Origin: Chiloscyllium plagiosum
Lineage: Eukaryota
Reading direction: 5' to 3'
Assembly (NCBI RefSeq): GCF_004010195.1
Contig: NC_057718.1
Coordinates: 39,353,143 to 39,417,142, forward strand
DNA length: 64,000 nt
Of this stretch, positions 1 through 12,660 are shown piece after piece (within the stretch, counting starts at the first letter, position 1; each line of letters starts with the position of its first letter). A program made the translations under genes and the position numbers. A model generated the notes under the pieces. It was given only the letters and a program-made list of their open reading frames with translations. It ran no database searches and had not been told where the DNA came from.

Positions 1-233
1 CAATTTTGTTCAACAATTTCAATCTCTAGATACTATAATTTTAACACGCAAAACCAGTGCTTCAACAGTTACGCATTTCTGCCCAGTACTTTAAATTCAA
101 TTGGTGGAATTTCCAGGCCCTCCCAGAGCTTTTATAAGGGCAAGCTGGGGAAATTAATTGGGTTGGAGGCAAAAATCACATTTCTCACCGGCAGGTTTAA
201 GTTTTGCTATTATTGCTGAAATACATTAAATTT

Positions 234-268
234 TGTCAAAGCTTTTCAACTTGCACTCATCAGGGCAA
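234..268 (-). ncRNA. Degenerate minimal hammerhead motif in an old Penelope-type terminal repeat relic
   Basis: Reverse complement gcc CTGATGA GTGCAAGTT GAAA AGCT TT GAC; core boxes and palindromic AGCT present, stems and cleavage triplet decayed. Confidence 0.45.
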
Positions 269-2230
269 TCCACAAGAATACCAGGTCAGGAGGACACTGT
301 TTGAGAGGTAGACTATTGATTGGTTGGCAAGTGGACAACTTGAGCTACCCATGGCCACTGGGTTCACCAGCTACCACTGCCAAGTCTGCCTTTGTCAGTC
401 AGAATGGCCTCTGATTGTTAATCACAGTGAAGCGTGTTCTTGTCTTCTGGAAAAGCTTCAGATGAGCCTCTCAGGAAGCACTAAAGCATGACACTGTTCT
501 TTGCCAGGTCTCTAATATCTCCCAGGGGTGATGCAGGTGACGAGCAGAGGCTGAGTGATGCTCCTAGGTTTCAGAAAATGGACATTTGGATAATGGGACA
601 CAGAAGGTCCCAGTGCTCTTCATAATTTCTTGCCCATAAAATTTGGTGTTTTACCCATGCATGTGTTTACAGCTGAGAAAAACATAATTGCACAAAAAAG
701 CCTGACCAAATCCCTGAATAGAAGACCCTCCCACGTTCATGAACACCTCAATCAAGCAGGCTGTTTTCTCTTGATGGTGGTTCTTGAGTGTGGAGCTACA
801 ATCATCCACACAAATTGAGTTATTCCATTAAACTCCCGTCACATGCCTTTTAGATGTTACAACAGGATGGGGAGGTTGTAATAGGTGAGTTACCCTTGCA
901 AAATTCCTCTGACCTGCTCTTGCATCCACAATATTCTATGATACATTATTCTATGATTCTAATGTAGCTTGTGCTCAAATGTTTGCAAAATCCTTTCAAC
1001 CCATCTAACATGTTATACTCTTTGAATTTATTGTGCTAGTTCTTATGGTCAGTATGCCATACCATGCCTGTATGATCAGAGCATGTAGGCATCTCATAAT
1101 CCATTTTACCTCAAACCATTTGAAGCATGACACTCTACTGGAAGCATGCTCCCCCACTGTAATATAATAGCTGAATATTAGCCCAGACACTTATGTATCC
1201 AATGAATGTAATGTTTGCACACAATAGTTAGTTGCAGTAAATGTCTATTGGATTCTTCAGTACCATGATATCCAGAATTAGTTCCTTATGTTAATGAAAC
1301 AACATTGTCACATCAGTTAACAACTCCTGTTGGAGGGAAACATAGTAGCAGCATTGAAAGTCTATCAGAGACTCCAATAGCTTGGTCACAAATATTTGGA
1401 AAGTTGAAAATCAACTAAACAACAGCTATGGACAACAGAATATTCAAACAATTGGGTGCATTCTCACTCTTAAGCAACTTAGTTTCTGTGAACAGACAGC
1501 TGTACATAACTGTAAATAAGGTATTAACCTAAGTTAAATGGTTTGATCTGAGTGCAAGTCTTTCAAGAGAAAATTAATTTCTAAGGTTAACTTAATTAAA
1601 TAATAAATAAAGTTAAAAAGGTGAAGTGCACACAAAAAGGCGAAGCGAGGACAGGAAGCAAGTCTAGGGTAGTGCAGAAAGCTGGAAGATTATAATGGTC
1701 TGTTCCTGCTTTTGATATTTAAGAAATATCTTTCATCAGTACAGCTAAGTGTTTTGTTACGAAGGAATGAACAGTTTTAATTTACACTGACTCAAAGTCA
1801 ATACCCACAGTTCTACAACTTTTGTATGCCATCTATGACACATGATCAAGAAATTACAGACCTGAACTTTTACTTTATAAATAGTTAATTAATAATTAGA
1901 AGTGATAAGTCAATGAAGATATTTTCTTCCCAAAGGAGGGACTGTTGGAAATTGGGATCCCTCTAAAACTGAATTTTTCTAGTATTTACCATGTATCATG
2001 AGGTTTTGTTTAACTGCCATTACAGCGGTAACTAGCTTTTCAATTTTCTAGCGTACAGAAACAAAGGGAAGATCACAAACATGACTAAAATTATCAAGGT
2101 AGCAATGCTCTATTCAACTGACAACAATGACATATCTGGTGCCCATTGTACTCTGTTATCAAAGTATGAGTAACTTTAAGAAATAAGATTTTATTCTAAG
2201 TAAGTACTGTAAACTAACCCTCAGACAGAG

Positions 2231-2389
2231 TCATAGATTGTACAGCATGGAAACAGACGCTTCAGTCCAACTCATTAATGCTGACCAGATACCTAAATTA
2301 ATTTGGTCCCATTTGTCAGCATTTGGTCCATATCTCCCTAAACCTTTCCTATTCATGTACCCATCCAAATGCCTTTTAAAATGTTGTAA
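2231..2389 (-). mobile_element. CR1 LINE 3'-end fragment
   Basis: FKRHLDGYMNRKGL..YGP..KWD C-terminus plus the 3' UTR shared with the 8860-11063 copy. Confidence 0.85.
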
Positions 2390-5300
2390 AGGGAGCACCT
2401 CCACCAGGTTAATAAGCCACCATCTTTTTGGGAGGAGGCGAGGAGTTTCCTGACATTGGTCCATGGGAACAACTATGACTGCTACCATTAAAGACTATCT
2501 CAAAACATCAGGGATTAACTTCCCTAAACTCTAAATCATAAGAGTCCATCACACTCTGTTTATTCTATTCTGCAGAATGGCAATGATATTAGAAAGCAAT
2601 CTCATCTGTCACAGGTTATATATTGCTTCTGTTAGTATAATTAAATAATGTATCACATCTGAACTGCTGCTTATCAAACTAAATAAACTATCTGAAAACT
2701 GCTTACAAATTGGCCACACAAATAAACCCCCCACCCCACCCAAGTACATGTGAGGATCCCGAATATATCAACCCTAGCGATGGAGGGAACCTCCATCCAA
2801 TATTTTATATACTGCTTGGACAAAATCGGAAGCAAGTCTATTCATTGTGTATAGGGAAGACTGCATCCTTGTGACAGATTACTTCTTGAAATGTTTCATT
2901 CCTCAACAACGTCACATAGCATGCATGACTGACCCTGTCTTGATTAGTTAGGCAGTCTTAATTGAAAAAAAAAAGACAGTCCTAATTGAATACAACACAC
3001 TGATAAACCACTTTAAGATATGTGGCATTAAATAAGAAATGACCCATATCACTTCATCATTCTACAGTCCATGTTCAAATTGTCAAACAGAATGTGTAGG
3101 ACGCACTATTAAGTCAATAATCATTAAGTGACAACCAACAAAGCAAAGCTTTTCATGTAACACCAATGAAGTGGAATTACCATCCTCCAGTATGTTCAAA
3201 GGGCAATGCAAATGATCTTACCCGGCAACAAATTATTTAGCCATCCTGAGGCACAGGGCATTCTTCTTCAAAGTCAGATAAGAATGAAAGAGGTACACAA
3301 CAAGTGAGCAAGCAGAGAACAATCACAGCTATGCACTGGGCAGAGTGCAAGTTAGAAATCCAAATACTTGGATAGCAGCAAAGCAACCAACCTAGATCAT
3401 ACAAAGCTTTTCCTGATCATCCTACTACACTGCAAAGGAACAGAAGCCAATTCAGACCGACGTGCAACATAACCCAAACATAGGTGAAGAGAGTGAGAAA
3501 GAACAGTCCAATGCTGATGATTATGTGATGATGTTGAGTGACAGTAATCAGTGACAAGACAAACAAGCTGTCAAACAGGTGCAACAGACAACAACATATT
3601 CCTTTCAAGATGAATAAACATTCATCGGATCAGGATGAGCTCTCAAACCACAGAAGCGTTACCTTGAAGTTTAAAATGTTAGTCATGCAAATGCGTTTAA
3701 CCTGTTTGTATGACTATCAAATTGACAATATTTGCCAATACACAGCCATGTATGTTACTTTAGTGTAAGATTTTAACTTTTGAGGAAAGGAAAATGTGTT
3801 CTGTCTCACAGTCAGTATGTCAATATGCCTCAAAGTGACCTGCTCATCAACGTATCATAGCATGTGACAAAAGATCTAAAGATCTCATGCTTCATCTTAC
3901 CAATAATTACTTGAAGCATGATACTCCACTGGACACATGCTCCTTTGGTGTAATTTTATAGCCCAGACTGAGTAATGTCTGTACATAATAGTTGAAATAA
4001 ATTTCTGTTAGATTCTTTAACAGCACAATATCCATGCCTGGCTTATTGTGATGTGGGAGACTACATAAACTGGAGCATCAGTTAAGCAAACTGTTCACAT
4101 CAGAATTAAAATTAATTGTTTATGGTTTGCTTACTATTAGAGAAATCAAATATATTTCCAGCTTCAGCTGCCATTATACAAGTTATGATCTATAATGCTA
4201 TATCACTTTTCTTCACAGCAGTGTATTAGAAACCTAATAGAGAACATATTAGTTTAGGTTAGTTTCTTTTTGGAATAACTGATTTCCAGCAATAGATGGA
4301 AGCAGCAAGATCCAGTTAAATTGCATTATGCACATAATGGAAAGGCATTTTTTTGGAGATTATTGGAAGTTGTAGGCAACTAAGAGCCTAATTTAAATTT
4401 AAAGGGCTACAGCAATAATCTAGGCATGAGAATAAAGACAAGTACAGTTTAAATTACGAACATTGAACTTGACTTTTCTTTGATCTGTAAACTTTGGTTT
4501 GATAATGATTAGAGTTAGGGTTAGGGTTCAGTTGAGACAGTAAAACAAGTTTGGATTTTCAGGCTATGCAATGAACATTATTGCACAAAAGGTTTCACTG
4601 CAATACATTTTGACAGTTAACTGTAAAAGTGGCAAGATACAAATGTTCATAGAGGACATTCCTTTGCAGTAAGTTTTTGGACGTTTGAATTAACAATGGA
4701 GATAAAACACATTTTAAAATAAATGCTTCAAGTTAAGCTTAACATTTTATTTGATTGTACCTCTAATGACAGTTTGTGCATCGTAATTAAGTGATAGAGT
4801 TGCCAATTAACTACTCTGCAAAATTTTAATGTATTCCAGGCAACAGCCTTCGGTAGGATTTCCAGTGTATTTTTGAGTCACTTCTGCTATATAAAAGGTT
4901 CTGATTGAACTGGCTATTAAAAGGAAATATCTTTGAACCATGAACCTGGTTAAATGACATACAGTAGAGCCTTCTGTACATGAATGAGGTGGGTTATTTC
5001 TTCATCTAAAAAAAGACCATCCTGAGGGAATTTGGAAAAGAACTAGCAGTACACTAAATAAGAAAACTTGACTGAACTCATCTCTGGAAACTTGGTGCTA
5101 TTTGGATGTTTCAAGACTCAGTATTTACTACAGATAGCATCCTCAATTATTCAAGGGTCTCCAAACCATGGTTTATGCCATGATTTTTAAAACGAAGCAG
5201 ACAGTAGAGACAAGTTCCAGGTCTACCTCACCAGGCAATGGGGATCAAAACTGATGCGATTGGTGTTACCATGAACCACACACTAGCTATTTAGACAACT

Positions 5301-5439
5301 AATTAACCAGCCCCCTTCCCACGGATAATGGAATTCTTATCAGAAAAATCATTTGTGGCACAAATGTCTAACATTCATATTTATTACTTCTGTTTAGTAA
5401 TTGCCTTTTAACATTACTATTATTTACTCAGATACATAC

Positions 5440-5640
5440 AAGCAACAACAACTTGCATATATAATGCCTTTAACACAATAAAACGCCCAAGGCATTTAAC
5501 AGGATTATTATAAAGCAAGATTTAAGACTTAATCAAAAAATACAATATTACAGCTAGTGAGCAAAAGCCTGGTAAGAGACGGGTTTTAAGGAATTTCCTA
5601 AAAGAGCAAAGAAAGGTAGAAAATCAAAGAGGTTTGGTTT
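5440..5640 (-). mobile_element. Old L2-like LINE/SINE 3' tail fragment
   Basis: Reverse complement ends ...ccttgggcgttttattgtgttaaaggcattatatatgcaagttgttgttg, a typical L2-type tail. Confidence 0.5.
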
Positions 5641-5649
5641 GGGTTGGGA

Positions 5650-7735
5650 TGGGAAGACCATCAACACGCATCCTGAGATAAGTGACCACTCAGCAGTCTT
5701 GAATGAGCATTACATAAAGCATCACTGTGCCAAAACAGACCAAGGTAAGTGCTGCAGTGGGAAGCTCTCAATGTTGATGCCTTCAAGCCAAGCTGCACAG
5801 ATGGTAAAACAGCTTTTCAACAACTCTCCTCAGAGCAACTCAGTGTGCAAGAACTGGACAGGGCTCACCAAATGTGTAAATCTTATAAATCTGCACATTT
5901 CTTACAAAATTTCTACTGGAAAAAGGAGTACTCCATGGTTTACAGTCTATTTCAAAAAGAAAGTCCGAAGAAGGACAAATAACACTCAGTGTAAACAGCC
6001 TTGGTGAAACAATGATCTTTCCAAGAAACAAGAAGTTTAGATTAAGTTTGAACAGTGTCAAACTGCAATCAACAGGGAGGTTTAATGTGCCAACTGTAAA
6101 TATGAAATTGAACTGGCCAGGACAGAAAATTCCAGGAAGTTCTACAGGAGCATTATACCAAAAGGGATAATACTGAAATACACAGGTTCTTACTGCATGA
6201 CCGGGAAAGGGCTGAAGCTCTTGAGCTGACAGTTTCAGAGCATTTTCAAGGAAGAAATCAATGTGCCTTTGTGGGAGTCTAGTATGAGAGCAAGCTTACA
6301 AGAATATGCTTGATGTTACAATTACATTTAAAAAATTGAGAAACTCCTTCATAACAACAATCTCTCCAAAGCTTGTGGTCCTGATAACTTTGCAAACCAA
6401 ACACATACAACTGCAGCACGTGAGTTTGTATCATAGGCACAGCATATTTTTCAACAATCCATGAAAGCAGGACTGTCACCCTGCCGCAAGATAATATCTC
6501 TCCAACTTTCAGGACAGAACTGCTCCAACAAACAACTGTCCTATTTCACTTGCTAGTGTTTCCTGTAACTAGAACACATTAATTATAGTCAGCTGATGAG
6601 ATGTTTTGAAGGACAGAATATCCTTATTGTTGAGTTAGCATGCCTTTCATAAATCAACAGAATCACAACACATCTTTATGATCTGACTTATAACCTTGAC
6701 AAGTGCACCTTTGTAGGTGTAGATATTTTAGATTTTTCCAATGCTATTGATCACGTACCACACATGAAACTACTAGATAATCTAAATCATTATGGAGCCT
6801 GAGGAGATAGTAGACCATGAGTAAGAATATTGTTTTAACCAAATGGCAACAAAGAGTCGCAGTGAATGGTAAAGTCTTAAAGTTGAAACCAATCTCCAAT
6901 GGAGTGCGTCAAGTTATTGCTCTGGGCTCACACTTGTTTTTTCTCCTTATAAATGACATCCAGATGGAATAGCAAGTTAGGTCAATCTCTTTGCAGATGA
7001 CTCCCAGTCTGTATAGCCAAGACTGAAGCTGCCGATGAATTTTGCCTTCAAAATAATCTAAATAACTTGTCAAATGGGCTAATATATGGAGAATAAAAAT
7101 TCAATGTTGAGAAATGCAATATCACACAAATAAGCAATACTTAACATCAATCAGCACTCAAATACACAATGCATTATTTCCCACGTGAAGTTACAAAATA
7201 ATGACATTACTTAGGAATCCACACCCAATTTAATTTAAAACGAAATGTACAAAAACAGCAACAGTAGCCTCCAATGCATCAAAAATGTTTGGATTCATGC
7301 AATAGAACATTCACCACTGTTCAGCTACAGCGAAGTAAATGATAACCCAGACATCATTTAGACCACATCTAGAGGATTGGGACTTAGATATTTGGGAATT
7401 ATATTCTGCTTTAAGAATTATGTCTTTGAGAAGGTTAAATGCTTGGAGCTCTTTTTGTTAGAAACAATTATTCATGAGCGAATAGTGTCTCTTATTTGGT
7501 CATGACATTAGGTTGGCACAGCCTCCAGAACTAAAGAAAGGCCCACAGATTGACATATCACTATAACATTTTGAATGGACAATTAAATATCTGTAAACAG
7601 TACATCAGACCAAAACGTGGCTGAGCCTGAAGAGCTCATAACTGACAGCTCCATCTGTAAACAAACCAATGTGTTTCCTTTGCCAACTCCTTATCTCTCT
7701 AGAACAATTAACAACTGGAACAATCTTCCACAAAC
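5650..7735 (+). mobile_element. Ancient, heavily decayed LINE ORF2 (APE + RT), CR1-group but distinct from the abundant shark CR1s
   Basis: Ordered motif relics: ISDHSAV (~5677), PWFT, N.xPISL.SV.C (~6530), LDFSNAIDHVPH (~6727), GVRQ...LG (~6901), INDI, LFADD (~6988), FNVEKC, RTINNWNNLP (~7700). Confidence 0.75.
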
Positions 7736-8499
7736 ATCAATCTTCACCCTCTGAGCATTCTAAAATTTGTTGAACTTTATTAATTAATGTGACCATTGTT
7801 GACGTAAATATTGTTTAAAAAGGTATTTGTGTAAATGATTAAGATTACATCAGGTAACCCTTTAAAACTTAAGTTATGTTTAATAACAATTAAATATTTT
7901 CATATTTATTTAATCTCTACAGTCCAGATTGATCTAATGGTACAGGAATAGTATATCAGGCTTTCATTCAGAAGACATGGGTTTGATCCTGGCCAACCAA
8001 TCCTATCTGGGTTTTAACAGAATTGAAATCTGTGTCACAAGTAGTTGCACGAAGGTGTGTTTCGGGCGTAATGTCTAGCAGCTGCGTAATTGAATATTTG
8101 CACTCATGGGCATTGAAGACAAAACTAGAAATGCCATGGAGAAGCTTATGCTGCTAGCAGCAGATAGATGTAAAGTACAATTCTCCTATTAACTGCTTGC
8201 AAAGAGTATACCAGTGGATGACTGTGAAGTGGGTGAAGTTTAGTGCCCTCAGAAAGGGTAACAGTTGCATTTGGAACTCCCCAGGTTGAATGGATACAAT
8301 AGGCAGTAACCCATCCAACATGTTGGTTCCAAAGAGTAAATCTGGCCAAGCATGTACATTAAAAAAAGACGCCTTTTTGATTGTTCTGTTCTTCCATCAG
8401 GCAGAAAATACAAAGCAAACACATGTATCAATAAGTTCAAGAACAGTTTCTTCCCTGCTTTTAGACTACTGAACAGACCTCACTAACTTCAAATCTAAT

Positions 8500-8660
8500 G
8501 TTGACCTTGCTTTTGTTCCCTTGTGCAGATACAACTTTGTATGCCTCACTCTGTCTAAATGATCTGTTATGTCCTTGATCTGCCTGTATTGCTTGCAAAA
8601 CAAAATTTTTCACTGCATTTAGGTACATGTGACAACAATAAATCAAATCAAATCAAATCA
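8500..8660 (+). mobile_element. Rex1-like LINE 3' UTR with (AATCA)n tail
   Basis: gatctgcctgtattgcttgcaaaacaaaatttttcactg...acaataaatcaaatcaaatc; similar to 25480-25570. Confidence 0.6.
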
Positions 8661-8859
8661 GAGCACAGATGTACTCCTATTGTGAAGACAACTTTCAAAA
8701 TTGTGAGAGCCTACATGATGGTAGTAGTACTACATTTTACAATGTGGTATTATAATATCATAATTATTTTATTCACCTTTTCTAAATATTAACCACAATA
8801 CATTAATCAGAAGACCAACACTTGTTATTTAACCATTTATTATTTTACATCTCTACTGA

Positions 8860-11063
8860 GGATAGACCAGATCTAAAAGTTGAAGTTCTAAATTGGAGGA
8901 AGGCTAATTTTGACGGTATTAGGCAAGAACCTTCAAAAGCTGATTGGCGGCAGATGTTCGCAGATAGAGGGACGGCTGGAAAATGGGAAGCCTTCAGAAA
9001 TGAGGTACCGAGAATCCAGAGAAAATATATTCCTGTTAGGGTGGAAGGAAAGGCTGGTAAGTGTAGGGAATGCTGGATGACTAAAGAAATTGAGGGTTTG
9101 ATTAAGAAAAAGAAAGAAGCATATGTCAGGCGTAGACAAGATAGATCAAATGAATCCTTAGAAGAGTATAAAGGCAGTAGGAGAATACTTAAGAGGGAAA
9201 TCAGGAGGGCAAAAAGGGGACATAAAGTGGTTTTGGCAAATAGGGTTAAGGAGAATCCAAAGGGCTTTTACACATATATTACGGACAAAAGGGCAACTAG
9301 GGAGAGAATAGGGGCCCTCAAAGATCAGCAAGGTGGCCTTTGTGTGGAGCCACAGGAGATGGAGGAGATACTAAATGAGTATTTGCATCTGTGTTTACTA
9401 TGGAGAAGGACATAGAAAACATAGAATGTGGGGAAATAGATGGTGACATCTTGAAAAATGCCCATTTAACAGAGGAGGAAGTGCTGGATGTCTTGAAACA
9501 CATAAAGGTGGATAAATCCCCAGGATCTGATCAGGTGTACCAGAGAACTCTGTAGGAAGCTAGAGAAGTGATTGCTGGACCCCTTGCTGAGATATTTGTA
9601 TTATCAATAGTCACAGGTGAGGTGCCAGAAGACTGGAGGTTGGCTAATGTTTAAGAAAGGTGCCAATGTTTAAGAAAGGTGGTAAGGACAAGCCAGGGAA
9701 CTACAGGCCTGTGAGTCTGAGGTCGATAGTGGGCAAGTTGTTGGAGGGAATCCTGAGGGACTGGATTGGAAAGGCAAGAACTGATTAGGATAGTCAACAA
9801 GGCTTTGTGCGTGGGAAATCATATCTCACAAACTTGATTGAGTTTTTTGAAAAAGTAACGAAGAGGATTGATGAGGGCAGAGCGATTGACGTGATCTATA
9901 TGGACTTCAGTCAGGCGTTCGACAAGATTCCCCATGGGAGACTGGTTAGCAAGGTTAGATATCATGGAATACAGGGAGAACTAGCCATTTGGATGTAGAA
10001 CTGGCTCAAAGGTAGAAGACACAGGCTGGCTTTGGAGAGTTGTTTTTCAGACTGGAGGCCTGTGACCAGTGGAGTGCCACAAGGATCGGTGCTGGGTCCT
10101 CTACTTTTTGTCATTTATATAAATGATTTGGATATGAACACTGGAGGTATGTTAGTAAGTTTGCAGATGACACGAAAATTGGAGGTGTAGTGGACAGCGA
10201 AGAAGGTTACCTTAAAGTTCAATGGGATGTTGATCAGATAGGCCAATGGGCTGAGGAGTGGCAGATGGAGTTTAATTTAGATAAATGTGAGGTGCTGAAT
10301 TTTGGGAAAGTAAATCTTAGCAGGACTTATACACTTAATGGTAAGGTCCGAGGGAGTGTTGCTGAACAAAGAGACCTTGGAGTGCAGGTTTATAGCTCCT
10401 TGAAAGTAGAGTCACAGGTAAATAGTGAAGAAGGCGTTTGGTATGCTTTCCTTTATTGGTCTGAGTATTGAGAACAGAAGTTGGGAGGTCACGTTGCAGC
10501 TCTGCAGGATGTTGATTAAACCACTTTTGGAATATTGCATGCAATTCTGGTCTCATTCCTATCTGAAAGATGTTGTGAAACTTGAAAGGATTCAGAAAAG
10601 ATTTACAAGGGTTGGAGGATTTGAGCTATAAGGAGAGGTTGAATAGGCTGGGGCTGTTTTCCCTGGAGCATCAAAGGCTGGGGGGTCACCTTACAGAAGT
10701 TTATAAAACCATGAAGGGCATGGATAGGATAAATAGACAAATTCATTTCCCTGGGGTGGGTGAGTCCAGAACTAGAGGGCATCGGTTTAGGGTGAGAGGG
10801 GAAAGATATAAAAGGGACCTAAGGGGCAACTTTTTCATGCAGAGGGTGGTGCATGTATGGAATAAGCTGCCAGAGGAAGTAGTAGAGGCTAATAAAATTG
10901 CATTATTTAAAAGGCATCTGGATGGGTATACAAATAGGAAGGGTTTGGAGGGATATGGGCCAGGTGTTGGCAAGTGGGACTAGATTGGGTTGGGATATCT
11001 GGTCGGCATGGACCAAAGGGTCTGTTTCCATGCTGTACATCTCTATAACTCTCTGACTCTATG
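8860..11063 (+). mobile_element. 5'-truncated CR1 LINE (HER1-like), ORF2 RT pseudogene
   Basis: [63 protein letters not shown]; stops and frameshifts; 3' (ACTCTATG)-like tail. Confidence 0.95.
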
Positions 11064-11439
11064 ATTATTGAGCATCTTCTACGACAATTCCCTTGCGGAA
11101 GACTCCGGATGGAATTTTTTTAATGTATGGAGTAACCAGAACTAAGTGCTGAGGAATTAGCCTGGAAACAGTCTTCCAGTCACAAAAACATGCATCAACC
11201 ACACTTTGCTCCTAGATACTGAGCAAATCTTGGATCCAACTTGCCACTTATTCCCCTGGATCCTGTGAATTTTTAAATTTCTGATCAGCCTGTGATGTAG
11301 GGCACATAGAAATATCTGCAGATGACAAATATATCTTCCCTACCTCTTGTCAAAGATCTAGCAACAATGACTGCTCCCTCAAAAGACCAGGTTGTTATCA
11401 GCACACAGCAGAACAGCACACTTCGGAGACATGCTCCAG

Positions 11440-11840
11440 TAACTAGAGATACGGACTATTTTCTAAATGGGGAGAAAATTCAGAAGTCTGAAGTGCAAAC
11501 AGACTTTGGAGTTCCAGTTCAGGATTCTCTCAAGGTAAACTGGCAGGTTGAGTCAGTACTTAGGATGGTAAAATGCAGTGATGGCATTTATTTTGAGAAG
11601 ATTTGAATGTAAAAACAGGGATATACTTCTGAGGCTCTATAAGGCTCTGGTCAGGCCACATTTGGAGTATTGTGTGCAGTTTTGGGCCCCATATCTCAGG
11701 AATGATGAACTGGCCCTGGAAATGTTTTCAGAGTAGGTTCACAAGAATGGTCCCAGGAATGAAAAGCTTAACATATGAGGAAAGTTTGAGGACTCGAGGT
11801 CTATACTCTGTGGAGTTTAGAAGGATGAGAGGGGATCTCC
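11440..11840 (+). mobile_element. CR1 ORF2 fragment
   Basis: YFLNGEKIQKSEVQ, LYKALVRPHLEYCVQFW, EFRRMRGDL. Confidence 0.85.
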
Positions 11841-11949
11841 CTGCAAATGGGCTGAATAGCTGAACTACTTTTTGAACACAGGTGAGTTTCTCATGGTGGT
11901 AGCGTGGGTCATAAATGCCAATTGTCCGTGTGTTTTAACGTGATGTAGA

Positions 11950-12360
11950 TCATAAGATATTGGAGTAGAAATTAGGCCATTCAGCCCATCAGGTCTGCTC
12001 CACCATTCAATCAAGGCTGACAAGTTTCTCATCCCCACTCTCTCACTTTCTTCCCATAACCCTTGATCCCCTCGACAAGCAAGAACCTACTTATTTCAGT
12101 TTTAAATAGACTCAATTACTGGCCTTTTTGTGACAGTGAATTCCATAGATTCACCACTCTCTGGCTAAAGAAGTTTCCCTTATTTCCATTCTAAAAGGTC
12201 TTCCCTTTACTCTAAGGCTGTGCCCTTGGGTTCTAGTCTCTCCTACCAATGGAAACATCTTCCCAACATCAACTCTGTCCAGGCCATTCAGTATTCTGTA
12301 ATTTTCAATTAGATCCCCTCTCATCCTTCTAAACTCCATCGGGTATAGACCAAGAGTCCT
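11950..12360 (-). mobile_element. CR1 3'-end fragment
   Basis: EFRRMRGDLIE..RILNGLDRVDVGKMFPLVGETRT.GHSL, followed by the 3' UTR. Confidence 0.85.
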
Positions 12361-12660
12361 TACAGTCCACTCTGACGCTCCACACAGCATCCCATCCAGA
12401 CCTATGCCCCATCCTATCCCTGTAACCCCACATTCTCCATGGCTAATCCACCTAGCCTGCAAATTCCTCGACACAATGCGCAATTGAGCATTGTCAATCC
12501 ACCTAACCTGTGAGTGGAAACTGTAGCACCTGGAGTAAACTCATGGAGATACGGGGAAGAATGTGCAAACTCTACACTGACAATCACCCAAGGGTGGAAT
12601 CAAACCCAGTTTCCTGGCACTGTGAGGCAGCAGGGTTAACCACTGAGCCATCATGCCTCC
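12361..12660 (-). mobile_element. tRNA-derived V-SINE (HE1-like)
   Basis: Reverse complement starts ggcatgatggctcagtggttaac (A box), then a B-box-like region and the V core gagtttgcacattcttcccc. Confidence 0.8.

Noticed and set aside
4509..4528. Interstitial telomeric repeat (TTAGGG)
   Set aside because: Only ~3 imperfect units; expected by chance
8822..9415. 197-aa ORF as a host gene
   Set aside because: CR1 ORF2 linker region; continues into RT through frameshifts and stops
9644..9682. Tandem AATGTTTAAGAAAGGTG duplication within a CR1
   Set aside because: Simple slippage-type micro-duplication with no further structure
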